Position numbers and translations under genes: made by a program. Source: Fibrobacteria bacterium (GTDB taxonomy: Bacteria > Fibrobacterota > Fibrobacteria > UBA11236). Taken from it: 64,000 bases of DNA. The notes under the pieces are model-generated. The model worked only from the letters and a program-made list of their open reading frames with translations, made no database searches and was not told where the DNA came from. Below are positions 59,697 to 64,000 of this stretch, piece after piece (position 1 is the stretch's first letter; every line of letters begins with the position of its first letter). Location of the stretch: NCBI GenBank assembly GCA_043745805.1, contig JAYTSD010000031.1, forward strand, positions 32,001 through 96,000. The letters are read 5' to 3'.

Positions 59697-60034
59697 TGTT
59701 TGTCTTCTCCTAATTGATGTTTTATGTCAGCCATTCCGAACATTCGATCTCGAATAAGCTTTTTTTTGTGCAATCTCTTGGCGACTTCTTCGGCACCATA
59801 AAACTCCACGATTACTAATTTTATAGTGTCTAGCTCTGCTTGGGTTTTTGTATGATAACCCAATACAACACTATCCACATGATGGGTGATTATAGAATCG
59901 TGCGCAGCCATGCTTTTTTCCATGGATTTTTTAGCAAGCCAGCCTGTTATATCTTGGCTAAAGGTGAGTAGACTTGCGCCACTTATACCTAAGGCAGAGA
60001 GAATCATAATTATGGCTTTTAAATCGAGTTTCAT
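59693..60034 (-). CDS. Phage N-terminal TM protein (holin- or i-spanin-like)
   Basis: Single N-terminal hydrophobic helix followed by a helical soluble region. Confidence 0.55.
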   Translation of the reverse strand: MKLDLKAIIMILSALGISGASLLTFSQDITGWLAKKSMEKSMAAHDSIITHHVDSVVLGYHTKTQAELDTIKLVIVEFYGAEEVAKRLHKKKLIRDRMFGMADIKHQLGEDKQ

Positions 60035-62097
60035 TGTTCTTGCTCCTGATTTGCGTAACCACGCAAAAGTTTTTTTCTAAAATCTGGGACGCTGAGTTTA
60101 TTAAGCAAAGTTGTGGATTGAGACGGGGAATTTAATCCCATCGTAGGTGGTTTAAATGGCCCTTCTGCGGCGTTGCGGAGTGGATTACTTATATCGAATC
60201 CGATGGCCCTTGCCTTTTCTTTTATTGGTCCTAACACCGTATTATCGAGAATATTGTTTCCAATTTCCTTAACACCTTCTCGAATAGCATTTGATGCGCC
60301 TGTGCCGGATGTTGACATAACAGCATTTCCAAATTTATCACCAAGGTTCACGAGGTTTTTTAAATTATCTAGCTCCGTAGGTTCAAACAAAACTGAGGCT
60401 ACTGTTTTTTTGTTTTCCATGGAATTTTTTAAGCGCTTGAAAGTAAAATCATCACCCTTTAACATTTCATTTAAAAATGTTCCCTTGAGTGTATTTAGTT
60501 GCTCCGGAGACAAATAATCTTTTAAAGCCGTAATTCTTTTTGTATCACCGTGATCAATAATGGATTTAAAAATCGCTTCATCACTTGTTCCCTCTTGGCC
60601 AATTTTTCCGAGCAAAGATTTATCGCCGAATATTTTGTGCATCGCCTTATTACTCTCAACAAGCGAAGCGGCTTTTTCAATTCCGAAACTATTTTCAACA
60701 GTTCCGATCATCGCTTGCGAAATGTCACCATATAATTTTCTAAAGCGAGAAATGTCCGGCGTAATATCTGCCAAAGTATTTTTAGACTTAAAGGCTACAT
60801 CTCCAATATCCTGCAAAGCCTCATAGGATCCGGCGTAAGTTTGGCCCTTGCGCTTAAATACGTCAATTGCATTTAGTATTTGATTACCCTGCTCTTTTGC
60901 TGTTTTGGTTAAACCGTTTTCGGATTTTGCTTTCGCCCACGCTTCCAAATCCTGTAACTTAGGCGTTATCTTTTGCAATTGTTGCGGGTCCATCATTAAG
61001 TCGGGAACCTGTGCGATTATATCTTTATGCGTAGTATTGATAGCATCAAAAGCACGGTCCACGCCTTCGTTAAACCCTTCACGCAAAACGCTACCGGCGT
61101 CTTGGACGGTAACAGGTGCGCTACCACCAATTTTTTCTATGTCCCTGTGAATCGCCTTGCGAACTTGATCCAATCCTTCAGCATGCTTGTCTAGTAGCTC
61201 CTGACCAGCTAACCCTTCGGCTTGTACTCTAGCAGTGCGCGTGGCCATATGGTTTTTGCCAAATTCAACGGCTTCAGGTAATAGTTTTGGATCGATTCCG
61301 TTTTCTAGTGCAGTTTTAACGGAATGCGTAAAGTCATCCGCTTGCTTTGGATTGAACGCGCTCGTGATTCCTTGTCTTGCACTTTCAAATGCGTCTCCAG
61401 TAGTTTTAATTAAAGATTTTGTGGCGTTTATTGAACCTGTTGCAGCCTTTGTACCAGTAAGCAAATCAGCGCCACGAGCTAAACCCTCAACACCTTCACC
61501 AGCCATTTTTGCAATCGGCTTTGCAGTATTACCGAGCATTTTTAATTCGGACATTCCAGGAATAGGCACAGCCAATTCACCTATAGCCCCAACTGTTCCG
61601 GATGCAGTAGGATCAAAAAATCCACCTTTTTTAAGCTGAATTCCTTTTCCAGTTTCATTATAAAGACTAGGTGCAACATCGCTTAATGCTGTTGATGGCA
61701 CACCATATCCCTCAGCAATCTTTCCCGCTGTTGGTGATTTATCTGGATCGGCGCCAAAATTTTTTATTGCCGTTCCTAAAAATGTTCCAACATCTTTGTA
61801 TTCATTTGGATCAGTAAATTTTGATAATCCCTCTGCTCGTCCACCTCTGTCTATTCTGTTTTGCTGTACTTGCCCAAGCCCTGCTCGAATAGGCGCAGTT
61901 GTTACCCTATCTAATTGGCGACCAACAAAAGCGAGTGGTGGGAGTACAATATTTGCTGCGGTAGAACCTATTTTATCTAAAAGGCTTAGATCATCTTGTG
62001 CAGCTGGATCGATAGCGGGCGAAGCGGAATATTTTTTCCATGGTCCATCATCGGTTACGGTACCGGTGGATGCATACTTTTCCCATGGCTTGGCCAT
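60031..62097 (-). CDS. Probable internal virion/DNA ejection protein
   Basis: KPWEKY/GPWKKY N-terminal repeats, Ala/Gly-rich then helical, 688 aa. Confidence 0.6.
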   Translation of the reverse strand: MAKPWEKYASTGTVTDDGPWKKYSASPAIDPAAQDDLSLLDKIGSTAANIVLPPLAFVGRQLDRVTTAPIRAGLGQVQQNRIDRGGRAEGLSKFTDPNEYKDVGTFLGTAIKNFGADPDKSPTAGKIAEGYGVPSTALSDVAPSLYNETGKGIQLKKGGFFDPTASGTVGAIGELAVPIPGMSELKMLGNTAKPIAKMAGEGVEGLARGADLLTGTKAATGSINATKSLIKTTGDAFESARQGITSAFNPKQADDFTHSVKTALENGIDPKLLPEAVEFGKNHMATRTARVQAEGLAGQELLDKHAEGLDQVRKAIHRDIEKIGGSAPVTVQDAGSVLREGFNEGVDRAFDAINTTHKDIIAQVPDLMMDPQQLQKITPKLQDLEAWAKAKSENGLTKTAKEQGNQILNAIDVFKRKGQTYAGSYEALQDIGDVAFKSKNTLADITPDISRFRKLYGDISQAMIGTVENSFGIEKAASLVESNKAMHKIFGDKSLLGKIGQEGTSDEAIFKSIIDHGDTKRITALKDYLSPEQLNTLKGTFLNEMLKGDDFTFKRLKNSMENKKTVASVLFEPTELDNLKNLVNLGDKFGNAVMSTSGTGASNAIREGVKEIGNNILDNTVLGPIKEKARAIGFDISNPLRNAAEGPFKPPTMGLNSPSQSTTLLNKLSVPDFRKKLLRGYANQEQEQ

Positions 62098-63365
62098 TAT
62101 ACTTTTTCCCAGTTTTTAGGGTCTTTTGGATCGCCGCCTTTAAATTTGTAACCACCTTCTACGGTTCCAGCCGATGGCGCGGCGGGAGCTTTTTGACTTG
62201 ATGAATCTGTTTTCGGAGTACGGCCATATAAAGAATCAATATCGGCGTTACCTCTATCGATAGATCCTTGCATGCTATTTATTTTTGCATTCACCTTATC
62301 AACAAATTTATCTAGGTTTCTTCCTATAAACTCTCCGCTGCCACTCCAATTACCGACTTGATATTTTAATTCTGAGGCGAGTCTTTCAGCTTCATCATTA
62401 GACAAGGCATCGGGGCCTAGCGAGCTATTCATGGCCTTTAACATTCCGAGGCCATAGGATAAAGCAGCATCTTTAGTCTTTGCGTTTTTAAACTGCTCTA
62501 AGTCGCTTGAAATTGTGTTTTTCAAAGTTTTTTGAAATCCAATTGTGCCGGCAATTTTTTTTACTTGCTCCTGAGCCTCCATGGGCAAGGCGTTAAATTC
62601 GGCGTTCTTATCAACTTTTCCGGCAATGTCCGTAAGCTCGTAAGTGCCTTTCTTTGTATTTGTTTTGTAAACAGATCCGTCACCTCCATTAAAAAACGAA
62701 AACTGCCCATTGTCCATTGCTTTAGCTTGAGCGTTTGACGCTCCCACATTTGCTTTGGCCTGTAGCGGTTTAAACGCGCTTGCGGCCGTTTCATTTTGTG
62801 ACTGCGTGATTTTATCACCCTGCGTTTTCTCTGCTATGTTCGCTTCTACTCCCGATGTTCTCGCTTGTGCTTGTGTATGGGTAACATTAGCGTTACTGAT
62901 TGGAGTTTCATTTTGGGTTTTGGTTAATCTGCCAGCATAATCCGCTTTAGCCATTTCCGGAGTATATAGCGGATCATCGTTCAAAAGTGACATGGTATGA
63001 TAGTGTGCGTCGTTTAAACCTTGCGCTTGTGCGCCTGACGCCGAAATGCCGGTAGGCATTCCGCCTGCATCCATACCGAGGCTAGCTTTTCCCGTTTCGC
63101 CCATTGGCAATTGTGATGCGGGTTGAGAGTTCTTAAATGATTCTAAAAGCATTTGCTTTTTCAGATTCTTATCGAATGACAACTTAGATGTTTGATTCAC
63201 TAAATTCTTGGCCGCGTTATCTTTATTTACGCCCTCTGTGACCGCGGCAGATTGCAGTAAATCCGATTGGGTTTTACGATTATCTTGTATAGCCGTACCA
63301 ATGTCACCTAGGCCCAATAAGCTGCGCTGCAAGGCTTCCGCCATGCTTGGTCTATATTGTATCAT
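62097..63365 (-). CDS. Probable internal virion/ejection protein
   Basis: Gln/Ala-rich; C-terminal GYKFKGGDPKDPKNWEKV. Confidence 0.6.
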   Translation of the reverse strand: MIQYRPSMAEALQRSLLGLGDIGTAIQDNRKTQSDLLQSAAVTEGVNKDNAAKNLVNQTSKLSFDKNLKKQMLLESFKNSQPASQLPMGETGKASLGMDAGGMPTGISASGAQAQGLNDAHYHTMSLLNDDPLYTPEMAKADYAGRLTKTQNETPISNANVTHTQAQARTSGVEANIAEKTQGDKITQSQNETAASAFKPLQAKANVGASNAQAKAMDNGQFSFFNGGDGSVYKTNTKKGTYELTDIAGKVDKNAEFNALPMEAQEQVKKIAGTIGFQKTLKNTISSDLEQFKNAKTKDAALSYGLGMLKAMNSSLGPDALSNDEAERLASELKYQVGNWSGSGEFIGRNLDKFVDKVNAKINSMQGSIDRGNADIDSLYGRTPKTDSSSQKAPAAPSAGTVEGGYKFKGGDPKDPKNWEKV

Positions 63366-63739
63366 CGTATTCCTGTTTTCAATCCAGGGTATGGATTAGC
63401 AAGGTTTGCCCCAAAAGAATTTCCAGCGGGGTTATTCGAAGAAAATGCAGAACCAAGAAAATTTTTAAAAATGTTATAGCCATTCTCGGCGGTTTGATCC
63501 GTTCTGCCTTTTCTTTTTAGGCTGTCATTATTTAGTCTTTGCTCTTCAAGATTTAATTGATATGCTGGATCTTGTTCTTGAGCTTGCGCGTCAAGATAAC
63601 CTCCAACACCACCCAGTAACCCGCCTAATACCCCTCCGGCAGCCGTTCCATAAGGTCCAAATGCAGATCCGGCCTTTGCGCCACCGGTAGCGCCAGTGAT
63701 ACCCATAGATAATGATTCGGCCATTGTTCGCTTTTTCAT
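63362..63739 (-). CDS. Glycine-zipper pilot/ejection-like protein
   Basis: GATGGAKAGSAFGPYGTAAGGVLGGLLGGVGG followed by a Gln-rich coil. Confidence 0.6.
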   Translation of the reverse strand: MKKRTMAESLSMGITGATGGAKAGSAFGPYGTAAGGVLGGLLGGVGGYLDAQAQEQDPAYQLNLEEQRLNNDSLKRKGRTDQTAENGYNIFKNFLGSAFSSNNPAGNSFGANLANPYPGLKTGIR

Positions 63740-64000
63740 CTTTTAGTCTCCAATGCTAACGCGGAATTAGCTCTATCATTTCCAACAAGATCGGTAAAGG
63801 CTTTTTTAGCTTCTTCTGGATCTAAACCATTAACTACCATGTTGTAATAATTGGCATAATCCATTCCGACTTGAGTGGCGCTATAAATATATCGTACACC
63901 TTCTTCTAACAATTGGCCACCAACCTTACTACGGTCATATAATCCCTTGTAAACTTTCTTTGGATCAAGACCATTATCCTCTGCGATCTTATTGAGGTGT
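63736..64000 (-). CDS. Partial phage ORF (3' end; extends beyond the window)
   Basis: Open frame ...HLNKIAEDNGLDPKK...ALALETKR*, stop overlaps the next ATG (ATGA). Confidence 0.6.
   Translation of the reverse strand, partial: HLNKIAEDNGLDPKKVYKGLYDRSKVGGQLLEEGVRYIYSATQVGMDYANYYNMVVNGLDPEEAKKAFTDLVGNDRANSALALETKR

Larger units (their letters stand above)
49869..64000. mobile_element. Prophage (left part), probably integrated at tRNA-Lys
   Basis: Abrupt switch to short, tightly coupled phage-type genes (ASCH, initiator, HNH, NinG, DUF5675-like, virion/ejection proteins) right after the tRNA; continues past the window end. Confidence 0.88.

Overview
Bacterial chromosomal segment (AT-rich; gene content suggests an FCB-group lineage such as Fibrobacterota, but this is an unverified inference). 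0.2-13.2 kb: a complete alternative complex III operon (actABCDEF plus an actG-like gene) running into SCO and an A2-type caa3 cytochrome c oxidase. 13-49.5 kb: housekeeping genes (tapT-like DTW protein, korAB-type 2-oxoacid:ferredoxin oxidoreductase, aroD, a peptidase/propeller/Omp85 fusion, PTS IIA, GT4, a degenerate serine-recombinase-like gene, topB, rluD, lspA, a squalene synthase, dnaA followed directly by an IS256 element, typA, smc). This part also holds a histidine kinase/NtrC-type pair converging on an ECF sigma factor that has a consensus sigma54 promoter and candidate enhancer repeats, and a three-gene outer-membrane operon. At 49.5-49.9 kb there is an unannotated ~180-nt structured RNA candidate and tRNA-Lys(CTT). 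From ~49.9 kb to the end of the window lies a prophage, apparently integrated at the tRNA. Its plus-strand early/replication/nin-like genes include an initiator with a perfect 34-bp palindrome, a dam remnant, HNH, a DUF5675-like endolysin candidate, NinG and a 2OG-Fe(II) oxygenase. These converge on minus-strand podovirus-like virion/ejection genes. No CRISPR array, rRNA or reverse transcriptase was seen. All family assignments come from motif recognition by eye; no database searches were run.
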